From positions 25,720,213-25,784,212 of the forward strand of contig OZ234493.1 of NCBI GenBank assembly GCA_965153455.1: a stretch of DNA of 64,000 nucleotides, read 5' to 3'. Source of the DNA: Sphagnum compactum (lineage: Eukaryota). This document shows positions 25,800-37,340 of this stretch, one piece after another. The position numbers and the translations under genes were made by a program. The notes under the pieces were generated by a model, which made no database searches, was not told the DNA's origin, and saw only the letters and a program-made list of their open reading frames with translations. Every line of letters starts with the position of its first letter. Position 1 is the first letter of the stretch.

Positions 25800-28060
25800 G
25801 CAGAATAGAAACAGGAATGACAGTTTGTCTGTGATCATGCTCTTCTTATAGAGATCATTCTGAGGCACATGATGTCAAAAATGTGTTGCTCAAGCAAAGT
25901 TTCTTCGTACACACAGCTTTGCCTGTGATCAATTTATGTCAGTGGAATCCATCTGGTAATAGCAGCAGACTCTTGTTGCTCCATCTTTTTTCCAAATCAC
26001 TTCTAGAAACTCTGGTTCTGTTTTGAACATGCTCTTGGGATTGCTTGCACATTGGTCACTCTGAATTCAAGGAGTTCGCATTTTGTGGCATTTTGACCCT
26101 GGTTAGGATTGGGGTTTTGGTACAGATAATTGATCAGTCTCGACTGTCAACATCAGGTACCCACCCTGTCTTTGCATTTGATTCTGTCAGGTTGACCTCA
26201 ATGTCAGTTATCCACCCTGTATATGGACAGGTCTGGTGTTTGAATGAGGGGGGAAGATGGTTGCCTTCAGATTCCCCTGCAATGGCAAGCTCTCTGTGTA
26301 TTGTGAGACGTCGACTCTTTCCTGCTTTTGTCTTGATGTTTCAATGTGACACCATGTCTCTGATGTTTGTGGGCAGCTGAAACTTACCAAGTGTGGAGGA
26401 TCCTGATACAAATTTCTTTGTTAGGGAGTCAGGATTCCCAAATAAAGGCCTAGATGCTTTGCTTGTACAGGGGCAAAGCTCCAATGCAATCAAGCACCCT
26501 CACAAACTTGTTGCAGCTTGCATGAGGATACTATTGAACTTTTATTTAGGTACATCTCCTGATTGCTATCCAACACAGTAACCAAGTCTTCCTGTTGCTT
26601 CTGGAGGCAGAGTTTGGGTAGAATTCTTTGCCTGGATTTTTGAGCATATTGTGCTGTGCTTATTCATACTACTGTTGAGAGCTGATGAATGTAATGGGTA
26701 GTAGTAATGGCAGCTAGTCACTGCCATTGAGGATGCAGGCGATTTTCTGATGGGGACACTCACAAGGTTGTGATCATGCCCATTCCTGTTGTGGTTGTTT
26801 TAGTGTGGCCAGAATATGACATAAGCATCACCTTGAGAGTGTTATTGTCGAGTTTCTCTGTAATCTCACAGATATGTTAGAAGAGGAGGGCCAGGTTATT
26901 TTTGCAGATACTTTTGAGGGTTGCTAGTGAAGGTTCAGGAACTCGGAACAAAAGAAGAGACAATTGTGTAGATTGATGATGAAGAACAGCCTGGATCTGG
27001 ATCTTGTTGTGCATGTTCCTGAATGTTGCCCACTGAAATCAAATGCAGATGAGAGTTATATCACCCTTCAAATTGTCCTTCTGTCTATAGGATTGAGCTC
27101 TCAACTCCTTGCAAATGGATACAGATCCTTGGATCTTGCAAATCCTCTCCTTTTCCTTGTCCTTGAACTGGTGTTTCAGTTGTGCACAGGTCTTTTGGTC
27201 TCTGGTGTTTGGAAACCCTGCAGAGGGTCTTGTTTGTGGTGATTGTGGAAACTCTAACCTCATTCATGCAGAGAATCCTGAGATCATAGATGGGAAGGGT
27301 GGGTGAGGGAGAAAGGTTTGAACGGATTCAGAAGGATAGAACGACTATTGATCTTTCTGGTTGCTCTATTGAGAGAGCTTACTGAACATAAGGGACTAAA
27401 AACTTTGTTGTGTAGTGTAGGGTTCTTGACACTCAAGAAACAGGTTGTCTGTGTCAGAGTCCACAGTGAGAGAGCTGTAAGGTAGCAGTCTTCAGAAGTT
27501 GGGAGCTTGAAGATATTACAAGGTGGGAGCTGAATTTTGAATTTTGCTGAATCAATGTCAAGCTCAGAGCAGGTGGCTTGGGCAGAGCTCTCAACTAAGA
27601 AATCATGATGCCATCAATGTTCACCACAAGCATAGAATGTGTCTCCTCACAGGCTGTGCAACTATGGCAGAAATTGACACCTTCTAGCAGTGGCAGTATA
27701 GATCCTCCAGGAGGCTGGCTACCCATGGGGATTGGGCAAGAGGTTGTTGGTCTGGTTCTGATCAGCGATTTGTCTGTTTTCTGAAACTAGATACTCTATT
27801 TTTTGACATGGTTTGAATCTGCAAAACAGAAATCTGAAAGTATTGCAGATCTGTTGTACCAAATTATTGGTTGGTCAGAGATGGTGGTGTGCCTAGAGGC
27901 TGAGTAGCAAGAGCCAGTTCCACATTAATCCTTTGTGGTCAGGCTTGGGGCATCCATTCATTAAATGCACACTGTACTTGCCAAACTCTGTGATAGGGCC
28001 AATGACTACTGACTCCACCACTTCCATGGTGCTGTCCTTGGATGATTCTCACCCTCCATG
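25800..28060 (-). mobile_element. Probable decayed non-LTR retrotransposon (LINE) reverse-transcriptase remnant
   Basis: Frameshifted minus-strand fragments in RT order: TAP/GSGGVS (~28040-28005), NNL/PIPMG (~27750), LDIDSA (~27565), VQGQG (~27165), KHLGLYLG (~26455). CpG-depleted. No clear YADD motif; boundaries approximate. Confidence 0.45.
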
Positions 28061-28777
28061 AACAAAACCCATCTAACAACATTGAAACATACCAAACAAC
28101 TGCTCATCTCCAGAACAACCAATGAAGAAGAAACTCAAACTCAAGAGAAACTAGTCTAGTAGGCACAATGCCCAAAGGGAAAACAGTTGCAGATACAGAT
28201 CTAACCCCCAAAAAACAGCAACGGTGAAATCTGATGAGACGGAGCAAGTCTGAAGAAAAAGAGGAGGAGGTGAGAAGAAGAGGAAGGGGGACTTGGGACT
28301 CTGGAAAGCACATTTGATTTGTAATATAAAGCAACTCAAGGGACACATGAATGATGGGTCTTGTGCGCCACTTTCCTGACTGTTCTTATGCGCACGCATG
28401 AGTACTGATCTCTGACTGACCCCTCTCCGTTGATCCATTGTGATAACAACTATCATGGGTTGTTGTTTTGTTATCAATCTCTAATGCTCTCTCCTTGAAC
28501 GGCAGGAGTTATAAACTGCAAAGTAAATGACTGCAGTTTATAACTCATTTCCTGCAGAAAAACAACGAATTTGATGTACTTGCACACAAAAACCATTGAA
28601 AAACAATCTCTATGAAAAAACAACAAATTTGTTGTATTTCTATAGAGATTGTTTTTCAAACATAGGTAGTTTTTTCTCAGTGGATGTAGGTTTTTGTGCA
28701 TAAGTATTTGATATGTGGACTTGAGCCATTGCTCATGAGAAAAAAACCCTAAGAGTTTTGCTTACTGCAAGTTGGAA

Positions 28778-31102
28778 TCAATCCAACACACAAAAAAGCG
28801 TTCCTTCATCAAGGAGAAGCTGAAGAACATACACCAACACAAAACACATATGCACATACACACACACACAAGCAGTCTTTTCTTGAATGAATTGTGATCC
28901 TGTATCATTTTTACTCATCAATTGCAGCTGAATACAAGAAAGATCATTGGAAAGATCTTGAGAAATTTTGTCAAGGTGCTGCTTGTAATCAGAAAAGCAT
29001 GGCAATGAAGGATTCTTGTCAATGTGGGTTCTTCTTCTTCTACTTCTTCTTCTAGGTGGTTGCTGCAAACATCTCCTTTGATGCGCAGCTTCAAGCGGAG
29101 CTCCTCCTCCTCCTCTTCTTCTTCTTCTTCTTCTTCTTCTCCTAGTTCTTCTTCTCTGAGATTTATCTATTGCTGATGACAAATACTGTTGTGTCCAATC
29201 CATAGAATCAATAATCTTTTGACAAACAGATTTATCAAGAATTTGATGGTGGTCTTGCATGGAGTTTGGACCTGAAGAAGAATCAGGCTTCTTCATCCAC
29301 ACCGGATTCTTTTGTGGAATTTGTAGATTTGGGTGGTGCTGCAGCAAGGACCCAAAGAAGAAGGTGCTAGAAGAAGGTGCTCCAGTCTTGTTGGAGCAAG
29401 AATTTGCAGATTCAGCTTTGTGGAGAATCTGTAGAAAATTCGGCTTCATTCTAGATTCGGCTGCACTTGCAGTAGCAGTAGTGCAAGCAGAAGGGGCAGC
29501 AACAGCAGTAGCAGCAGGAGGGAGAAGAGAAGAAGCAGTTGATGAAGCTCCTCTGCAAGCAATTTCTTCTTCTTCTTCTTCTGCTGCTGGTGAAGATTTG
29601 CAAGCCTTTTGTGCACTTGCTGCATCTGCAAGCCTGTGAGGAGGAGGAGAGGGAGGAGACTCCAATCTTTTGGGCGAGGCCTTGGGAGATCGAACCACGA
29701 TCCATTCTCCTTGAGAAAGTGGAGTGAGAGGCGACGAGCTGTCCCACCAATCCTTGATGATGCTGCCGCTACTGCTCCTTGTTGTACCGGCAGCTTCCTC
29801 AATCTGCTGCGACGGCCTCCTAGGAGATTCCAAAGCTGCGAGCTTCTTCCAGAAAAACGTTGACGGGGTGGAGACAAGCGGAGTCGAGGAGGAGGATGAG
29901 GAGAGAACCAAGGTGCTGGTGGAATCGTGGTGATCAAGCTGCAGAACACTGGTGGGAGAAGCAGGAGGAGAAGCAGCAGCCTTGCAGGAGGATAGTTGTT
30001 GTTGCAGCAGCCGCCTTGGAGGAGGAGGAGCTGCACCATCCAAGCAGCATGTGGGGGGAGCTTGTTTTCCTCCTGTGAGAAAGGGATGCTGGAGGAGCTT
30101 GGCGGCAGTCCAGCGCTTGCGAGGGTCACGCTGAAAGCAGTGCGCAAGAAAGTCTTGCGCTTCCGGCGAGAGCGAAGCGGGAGTTTGCGGTACCTCGTCG
30201 CTACACCCAATGCGGTAGAGAGCGACAAAAGGATCGGCAATGTGCGCCCAGGGAGCACGTCCCGTGGCCATCTCCACCACAGTGCAACCCAGCGACCAGA
30301 TGTCGGACGGAAAGCCCTGCTCCTTCTGCAAGACGACCTCGGGCGCCATCCAAAGCGGAGTCCCATTCACCTTGTTCTCCATTGTCCCTGCTGCTGCTGC
30401 TTCTGCTTCTGCATCCTGCTGCAGTCCCAGCTGCTCTTGCTCTCCCAAAACACCAGGAAGTGCAGTGCAGCAAGAAGACTGACCAGGACCATTGCTGATG
30501 CGCTTGGCGGATCCAAAGTCTGCGAGCTTCACAGTGCCTGCATTGCCAACGAGAACATTCTTCCCCTTGATGTCGCAATGCACAATTCCTCGGCAATGCA
30601 GGTAATGGATCGCTTTCACCAGGCTCCTGGTATAAGACCGGATGAGATGCTCATCTAGAACAAGAGGCTGCTGCTCTTGCTGCTGCATCCCGGCCCCATC
30701 AGTACTGGCGAAGAACTGCTTCAAGAGTTCGGAGAGACAACCACCGGGCATGTACTCCAGAAACAAGTTGCGCATCCGCTTCCCACCTTCCTCACTCCAG
30801 TCACTTCCCAAGCATCGCACCACAAACTCTGACTCCAAATCCTGTAGCATCTGGATCTCATTCTCCAAAGCTGCCAGTGAATTGTTTCCACCAGCAGCAA
30901 CAGCAGCAGCAACACCCAAGTCCTGATCTTCACCATCGCTCCTAGTAGACTTGTGCTTATTACTATTACTGCAGCAACAATCTTCAGTGGATTTCACAGC
31001 AAACAGGTCCCCTGTCACTCTCTCCATCGCCAGATTCACTTGCCCAAATGCTCCAACTCCCAGCAACCTTCCACGGATCCAAGCTTCACCTCCATTTCCC
31101 AT
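28778..31102 (-). CDS. MEKK-type MAP kinase kinase kinase (MAPKKK13-21/NPK1-like), intronless ORF, 774 aa
   Basis: N-terminal kinase domain: WIRGRLLGVGAFGQV, AVK, LENEI, LFLEYMPGG, HCDIKGKN, DFG, GTPLWMAPEV, DIWSLGCTVVEMATGRAPW. C-terminal SPTSVL and WIVVR motifs are typical of this group. The long low-complexity tail could conceal an intron. Confidence 0.93.
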   Translation of the reverse strand: MGNGGEAWIRGRLLGVGAFGQVNLAMERVTGDLFAVKSTEDCCCSNSNKHKSTRSDGEDQDLGVAAAVAAGGNNSLAALENEIQMLQDLESEFVVRCLGSDWSEEGGKRMRNLFLEYMPGGCLSELLKQFFASTDGAGMQQQEQQPLVLDEHLIRSYTRSLVKAIHYLHCRGIVHCDIKGKNVLVGNAGTVKLADFGSAKRISNGPGQSSCCTALPGVLGEQEQLGLQQDAEAEAAAAGTMENKVNGTPLWMAPEVVLQKEQGFPSDIWSLGCTVVEMATGRAPWAHIADPFVALYRIGCSDEVPQTPASLSPEAQDFLAHCFQRDPRKRWTAAKLLQHPFLTGGKQAPPTCCLDGAAPPPPRRLLQQQLSSCKAAASPPASPTSVLQLDHHDSTSTLVLSSSSSSTPLVSTPSTFFWKKLAALESPRRPSQQIEEAAGTTRSSSGSIIKDWWDSSSPLTPLSQGEWIVVRSPKASPKRLESPPSPPPHRLADAASAQKACKSSPAAEEEEEEIACRGASSTASSLLPPAATAVAAPSACTTATASAAESRMKPNFLQILHKAESANSCSNKTGAPSSSTFFFGSLLQHHPNLQIPQKNPVWMKKPDSSSGPNSMQDHHQILDKSVCQKIIDSMDWTQQYLSSAIDKSQRRRTRRRRRRRRRRGGGGAPLEAAHQRRCLQQPPRRRSRRRRTHIDKNPSLPCFSDYKQHLDKISQDLSNDLSCIQLQLMSKNDTGSQFIQEKTACVCVYVHMCFVLVYVLQLLLDEGTLFCVLD

Positions 31103-31109
31103 AGCTGCA

Positions 31110-32396
31110 AATCCCTTTCTTCCTTCCTTCCTTCCTTCCTTTCTACTAGTGCTGCTGCAACTGGAGCAAGCTTCTTAAATCCTTGCACACACACACACAC
31201 ACACTCTCTCAAATTTCACAAACAAATAAATGTCAACCCAAAATCTCTCCAAACTCTCAGCTAGACTGTAAACCTCAACTAGAGCTTCTGAATCCTCCAC
31301 TACCACCACCACCACTACAGCAAAAGTTGATTCTTGTTCTTGCTCTATCAGCTCGCAGACTTAGCAAACAAACTACAAATCATAACACACTTCAAAGTTG
31401 TGGATCTACTGCTCAAGTTCTTATACTCCTCTTCTTCCTCCTGTTGCTGCTGTTGATCCTTTTTCTTCCCCAAGTTCTTTTATTATTATTCTCCTTCTTC
31501 TTCTTCTACTACTACTACTACTACTTGTTCTTCTTGTTCTTCTTCCACAACTTGTTGGTTGGTTGTTTTTTGTTGTGCTTTGTTTGTTGGTGGTATGTGG
31601 GGTTGCATATGATCATCATGTGGGTCTGCTGGAACAGACAAGAAGAACAAGAGGAGCAGCAGCACCAACAGCACCAACAGTAGCAACAGGAGGAAGGGGG
31701 AAGGGGGGGGGGGGGGGACCTGACTGGTGGGGAAGGTAGGTAGGTGTGTCAGGAACTACTAATGTGCAGAAGCAAATTGAATGTGGGTCATGGACTCATC
31801 ATGGTTACTGTTTTTTTTTCCCCCCCCCCCCCCCCACCAATTTTTTGTCATTTTTTTTTGGCAAAAAAAATTGGGAAGATTTGGAATTTTTTTTTTGGGG
31901 GGACTCCCTAATGTAGATTTTTTGTAAATAAATTTGCTAAATTTTTGGGAAAAAAATAATTTACTAAATTATTTATATCACAAAATTGAGAACCAAAAAA
32001 GCCCCTGAAACTCATGATAATAAGGTTTGAAGAAACTTGAGACTGACTAACTGCTCTTGTGTTTTGTCAGGTTGCTAAGGCTCTAAGTTAAAAAGCTTAT
32101 TAGATTGGTTACTTTTTTCTTTGGTCTCTGTGTGTGTGTGTGTGTGTGTGTGTTTTGTGTCTGTCACCACACTTGCTGCCTGCCTGTGGCCTAGTTGTTG
32201 TTGATGATCATCATGCTCCTTTCCCTGGCTCCCAACTGCTGTAACTACTTACACAACATATACTAATAATTATTAATAATCAATAATAAATTAATAAATA
32301 ATGTAAAAATAATAATTTAAAAAATAATTATGAATAGTAATCAATAATGATCCCATCACTACCTCCTTCACTTTTTCTGGTCTCCAGTCTCCTCCA

Positions 32397-32434
<38 letters not shown>

Positions 32435-32470
32435 GTTTGTTTGTTTGTTTGTTTGTTCACTCTGGGGCTC
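31110..32470. repeat. Microsatellite-dense 5'/promoter region of the MAPKKK
   Basis: (TTCC)n, (CA)n, (CTT)n, (CTA)n, poly-G/poly-C, (GT)n, (CT)n and (GTTT)n tracts. Confidence 0.85.
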
Positions 32471-33401
32471 ACATAATTGGGCAGTGTTTTTCTGGTCTCC
32501 TACCCTTTGGTTCACAGGGTGTAGATTGGCAGGGCAAAGATTTCTGGTCTCCCACCACTCTCCCTCTCCTCTCAGTTTGGTTCACAGGGTGTATAATGGC
32601 AGTTGTGTCCCCTCTTTGCTTCTTGTCAGGGGCATTACCCCTACTACACCCCCAACCAAAAATAAATTAATTTAATTTTAATTTTTTAAAAAATTATAAT
32701 TATATTGTTAAAAAACACCTTCTCTGGAGTCTACAGATCTTGTCTGTAGATTATTGAGACATGTTAAAATTGTTTTTTTAAAAAAAAAGAAAAAAAGAAA
32801 ACCCCTTCTCTTCTCTGTAGTCTCCAGATCTGGTCTGTAGATTATTGAGACATGTTCATGTGTTGGTTTTAATTTAGATCCGGTGCTAAATAATTCATAT
32901 CTGCAGTTGGATTATTTAGATGCGGTTGTCAATTATTCTGATTATTCAGATGTGGTGGTGGATTATTATTATTATTATTATTATTCGGCATGGTCACAAC
33001 TAATGGGTTTTGGACCCACCTTCCCTTGTTTGTTTAGGGTTTAGGGTTTTAGGGTTTTAGTGTGAGGAGGGTTTTGGGGGGGGGGGGACTTAGGTTTTTG
33101 AGTTTAGTTGCAATTCGGAGTGCTTTGTGGTTTTGAATTTGTTAAGGATTCTGTATTTCATTTAGAGTAAATCCGGAGAGTATACCGTAACTAACCTTGG
33201 CCATTTCACATACATGTCTGTAAAAATAATTAATTAATTTTGAAATTTTCATTTTCAACAAATGGAATGAATATCCCTAAATATTCACTATTACCGTTTC
33301 ACAAATTTTTTTGATTTGGAAGAAATAAAGTTTGAAAATTGCAACAATTCTGAAAATAATATAATTAGTGTCGAATTGGCCCGGGTACTAGGGTAGGTGA
33401 G

Positions 33402-33479
33402 AAAGTCACCCCTTTTGGTTGGGGCTGCCTTTGAGCAAAAGGAGGCCCAAAGAGGCAGCCCCAACCAAGGGGTGACTTT
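33402..33479. other. GC-rich stem-loop (~33-bp imperfect stem)
   Basis: AAAGTCACCCCTT(TT)GGTTGGGGCTGCCT..TTGAGC pairs with GCCCAA..AGGCAGCCCCAACCAAGGGGTGACTTT; a (GGTAA)n tract follows. Confidence 0.85.
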
Positions 33480-33600
33480 ATAGATAACTTGCCTCTAAGG
33501 TAAGGTAAGGTAAGGTAAGGTAAGGAAAGGTAAGGGGGGGGAGGGGGGGGTGTGTTAATTGTGTTTGATAAGTGTTCTTCTAAGCACACACTCACCACTT

Positions 33601-33649
<49 letters not shown>

Positions 33650-35964
33650 ATCATGTTGTGTGGGATCTTAAAGCTTTCCGAGTTATTACAATGCAAAGAG
33701 GAATCCATCAATTCATTTGTGCAATCATGCCACACTCACATGCACGGACCTACTACGATGTTGTGAAGTGTGGCTTACACATGGAATCAACTCGTCTGCA
33801 GCAACGAGGTGCAAAGGGACCGCAACTAGAGCATCAAACCCATGAGATTGTTAATAGTATCAAGAATGCTTAATGCACGCACCATCTTCATGAATCTACA
33901 CTAGTTCTATAGTGTCTAGGCCCCTAGGGTAATCCTCACCAATAACCGGATGTATTTTGCTTTGCACTTGGGGGGAAGGGAATACTATTGCTTCTCCCTC
34001 CTCTTCTCCCTCCTCAACCCCAAACCCATATGGATTCTTAATTTTCATCTGGTTATGCCAAAATTAAATTTTGACGCAATCTAGATTCGAATATGCTCCC
34101 ACCCACTAGGTAGTCATTTTTATCCTTAGTCAATTTGTTTACTCGGGCAAATTTTAAAAGGTTATTTCAACTTATAAACATAGTAATCAATTTTTTTTAA
34201 GTCGGTAAAATTGAAATAATAACTAGCAATAATAGATGACTAAAAGACCTACTATCACAATGGAGAGTTACTAAACTAAACATCCTTTAGGTAACAATGA
34301 CCCATTTTCTAGAATTTGTGAATCGCACCCCAAGCAAAATGACAATGGATGAAAATCTTTTTTCAATGGAATTGTACATGGTCAGTATGGATGATTTTGT
34401 TCAATGGAACTTTCCATCCAAAAGGTAGGTACCACCAGATTTCATAGGCCATGACCCAAGCATTCAAGTGTAAACTGCCCCTTAATTTAATGGTGCAGTA
34501 AGGCATAGCCTAGTTAGGCATTTATTAATTACTTTTTTTTTTTTGAAAATTCTGAAAAATACATGCTTGCCATGCTAAAAATCTGAGAAATTGTCTCAAA
34601 CACACTAGCTTCATTATTTACTATAATGCTGGATTATATATATTTTTTACTGCTAATGGAAATGACAAATTAAATTTAAATTTAAATTCTAGGCATTGTG
34701 CTGCCGAACAAGGCTAAGTTCTATGATAACTAAATGTTTTGGGGAATGGGATATCTCATTTTGCACTTTAGTTTTGTGCTTCTCAATATTTGTGGTGCCA
34801 AAAATGCAACATCAATTAGAAACATGAAATGCGCAATGTGACATTTGCATTTCCATCTTGTATCACATATATCATCATTGACTACCATACAAATTTTGTT
34901 ATGCATCATAGCCTCCCACAACATACATTACCATGGGAACTTCCATTAATACCAAGGAATGAAAATTTGACTTGGCAATAAAAGGGAAAAAAAAACCCGT
35001 TGAAATCAACATCATTAGCACAATTAACATTGTTATATCTCCAACTTGTAGAATATCCCAAGTGATTTTTCGTAAACTCTTGTTGTGTTAAAACAAAAAC
35101 CTTCGCAAATTGAGCCATATTGCTCTCATGACATTGGCATGATCAAAGACTTTGGACCTCAAACCCTAAACTTGTTGGTGCACAAATACTAATGTCCAAA
35201 ACTTCATGCTTCAACCCCAAATAACATGGGGAGTTGGCAAAAAAAGAAAAAGAAAACCCTAGAAAATATGCATCATGCTCCAACAACATAGTTCTTAAGA
35301 CATCATAAATCAAGTTTGAATAAGTTGCAATGCTTACATGCTAGAGCATACGAAGGAGTCCAACTTTGACCCCCCCCCCCCTCCGCCCCCCTTCCCCCTT
35401 AAAATAATAAGGGAACAAAGGATTGTGGTTGGCAAACAACAAAAGAACAAGTGTTTGAAATGAAGTTGGCTACAAATGTTTCATGCAACATGCACATGTT
35501 CTTGGCACATTTAAAAAGAAATTTGCAAGTGAAAACATTCATGGTTGTGAGATACATTCATGGTCTAGCTTCAACAACTGGTCATAATTGTGAGAGCATA
35601 GTAGTATAGTATATTTTTTCATTGGCAATAGAACCACTAGCCACATGATGTAGTGTACCCATTTGTTTTAAAGATGAGCACAAGTCCAAAGACCCACCAA
35701 CAACTCTCCAAGAACTCACTCTAGGAAGTTGTGTTTGATTGATTTTGGTGGAACTTTTTTGGTTTGGTGATGTGGGAAAGTCGGAAGATTGAGAATATAA
35801 ATTGTTTGAGACCATGTAACAAAATCCACAATATAATGCTAACCACTTCAAAGTTCAACTCTTCATAATACATCCCCGCCCCTAACATGCAAAGAATTTG
35901 TGATGTAGTGTCTTGTCCATAACAATTGAGGACAAATTGGGAGTCAAGTGACAATATCAATATA

Positions 35965-36002
<38 letters not shown>

Positions 36003-36529
36003 TGTTTATTTGTTTGGATGTCACCATGTCATAACCCTCCCAAACCATGAAGGCCTTGACTTTGGTTTGGTATTGGTAGAAATCCCTTGATGTGGTGGTG
36101 TGCACATTTGTTGTTTTAGAAATTTTCAAACCAACGGAACAAAAGTGATTGAATTTCAAATAATTTTCACCTTTGGAATTTAACAATGTTTAGGCAAGCT
36201 CTATAAGAACTTTGAAGTTATGCCCACTTTGATCAAAATAATATTGTGATGGGTGACCTTATAGGAGGTTTAATGTACTTGGGCCAAGTAAACCAATGTT
36301 AATTTATTTTTTCATTTTTTTGTAATTGAAAAATTCACAAAATTTAACCAAATTCTTTTTAAAAAATTTTGAATTTACAATACAGAAAAAAAATCCAAAA
36401 ATTTCCCCAATTTCTTTGTTGAAGAATGGTGAAATTTCTCCCCCCAAAAAAGGGGTGTTTGTCCAATTTCCTCTCATCATCATCGATGTACCCTTACTCC
36501 TTCATTTTTCCCAATTTTGTGAGTTAGGT

Positions 36530-36790
36530 GGACTTGTAATCATCCACAAGAGGAAATGAGCCAAATTTGGCTACAAAAAAGTAGATTTGTTTTGGGAACC
36601 CTGCTTTGTTTTGGCTACCTCTAGGAAACTATTGTCTAAATATGGAAACCTTAGCCTTTCTTTTCCTCAAAATATGGCTACCTTGGATCCTTTTTTCCCA
36701 AAAACAAATCCTTTGTACCATTTGCAATGGATTTTTATTTACTTTTGTGGCCAAGATGCCAAAATTTTCCACAATTTTTTTAAAAAGAAA
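36530..36790 (+). repeat. Dispersed repeat family (further copies at ~44000-44220 on + and ~49010-49090 on -)
   Basis: Shared core ATCATCCACAAGAGGA....AGCCAAATTTGGCTACAA followed by ..ATTGTCTAAAT.TGG.AA.. Confidence 0.75.
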
Positions 36791-36921
36791 AGAAAAGAAA
36801 ATGATCCCAGCACATATTGCAATCTCTAGTGAATTTGTTTGAAGGCCAAGACAATTGAGCCACATAATTTTAACTAGGGTTCGTTTATGAATATTCCTTG
36901 ATAAATCTTATGTACGTTACC

Positions 36922-37182
36922 ATAGCCTAGGGTGAGTTTCCACTATGGACAAAATGAATAATAATTATTATTATTATTATTTTCAAAAATAATAATAAAT
37001 GTTTATTTTTATTTATTTTTAATGATCGAACTATGATATCCTCATATGAGGAGTGAAAATTATTCAGATTGTAACATGCAATAATTATGATGGTTCTCAA
37101 CACCGTAGCTTCATATTTTCATGAAAATTTGTTTCACTATCTTTAAAATTATTTAATGATGAAACTGACCCACCCTAGGCTA
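36922..37182. mobile_element. Small MITE-like inverted-repeat element
   Basis: TAGCCTAGGGTG-AGTTTC at the left versus GAAACTGACCCACCCTAGGCTA at the right; AT-rich interior. Confidence 0.5.
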
Positions 37183-37340
37183 AAGTACATTAATATTTTA
37201 CTTATTTATGGGGACGGACATCAACAAATATGTGCTCAAGACTCTTTCAAATGAGAGGGAACCGCATAAATTTGCTGTATCCAACAAAAGGCCATGGATG
37301 CACGGAAAGCATTCACGGAAAGCATTCCATCCAATTTTCC

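Noticed and set aside
2633..31102. Possible functional cluster (mitochondrial carrier + TOM5; Ca2+ pump + MAPKKK)
   Set aside because: Unrelated gene families separated by TE blocks, with no shared regulatory structure visible; ordinary plant gene order explains it.
29259..31264. Many overlapping ORFs, including a 306-aa alternative frame and a 220-aa antisense ORF
   Set aside because: GC-rich, triplet-repeat coding sequence of the MAPKKK suppresses stops in other frames; no motifs.
31183..31739. Hydrophobic poly-L/F/Y ORFs resembling membrane proteins
   Set aside because: Translations of (CTT)n, (CTA)n and (TTG)n microsatellites.
33033..33060. TTTAGGG repeats suggesting a telomere or fusion site
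   Set aside because: Only 2-3 imperfect units; similar short tracts are scattered through the window (e.g. ~20860, ~23118, ~41281, ~56247).
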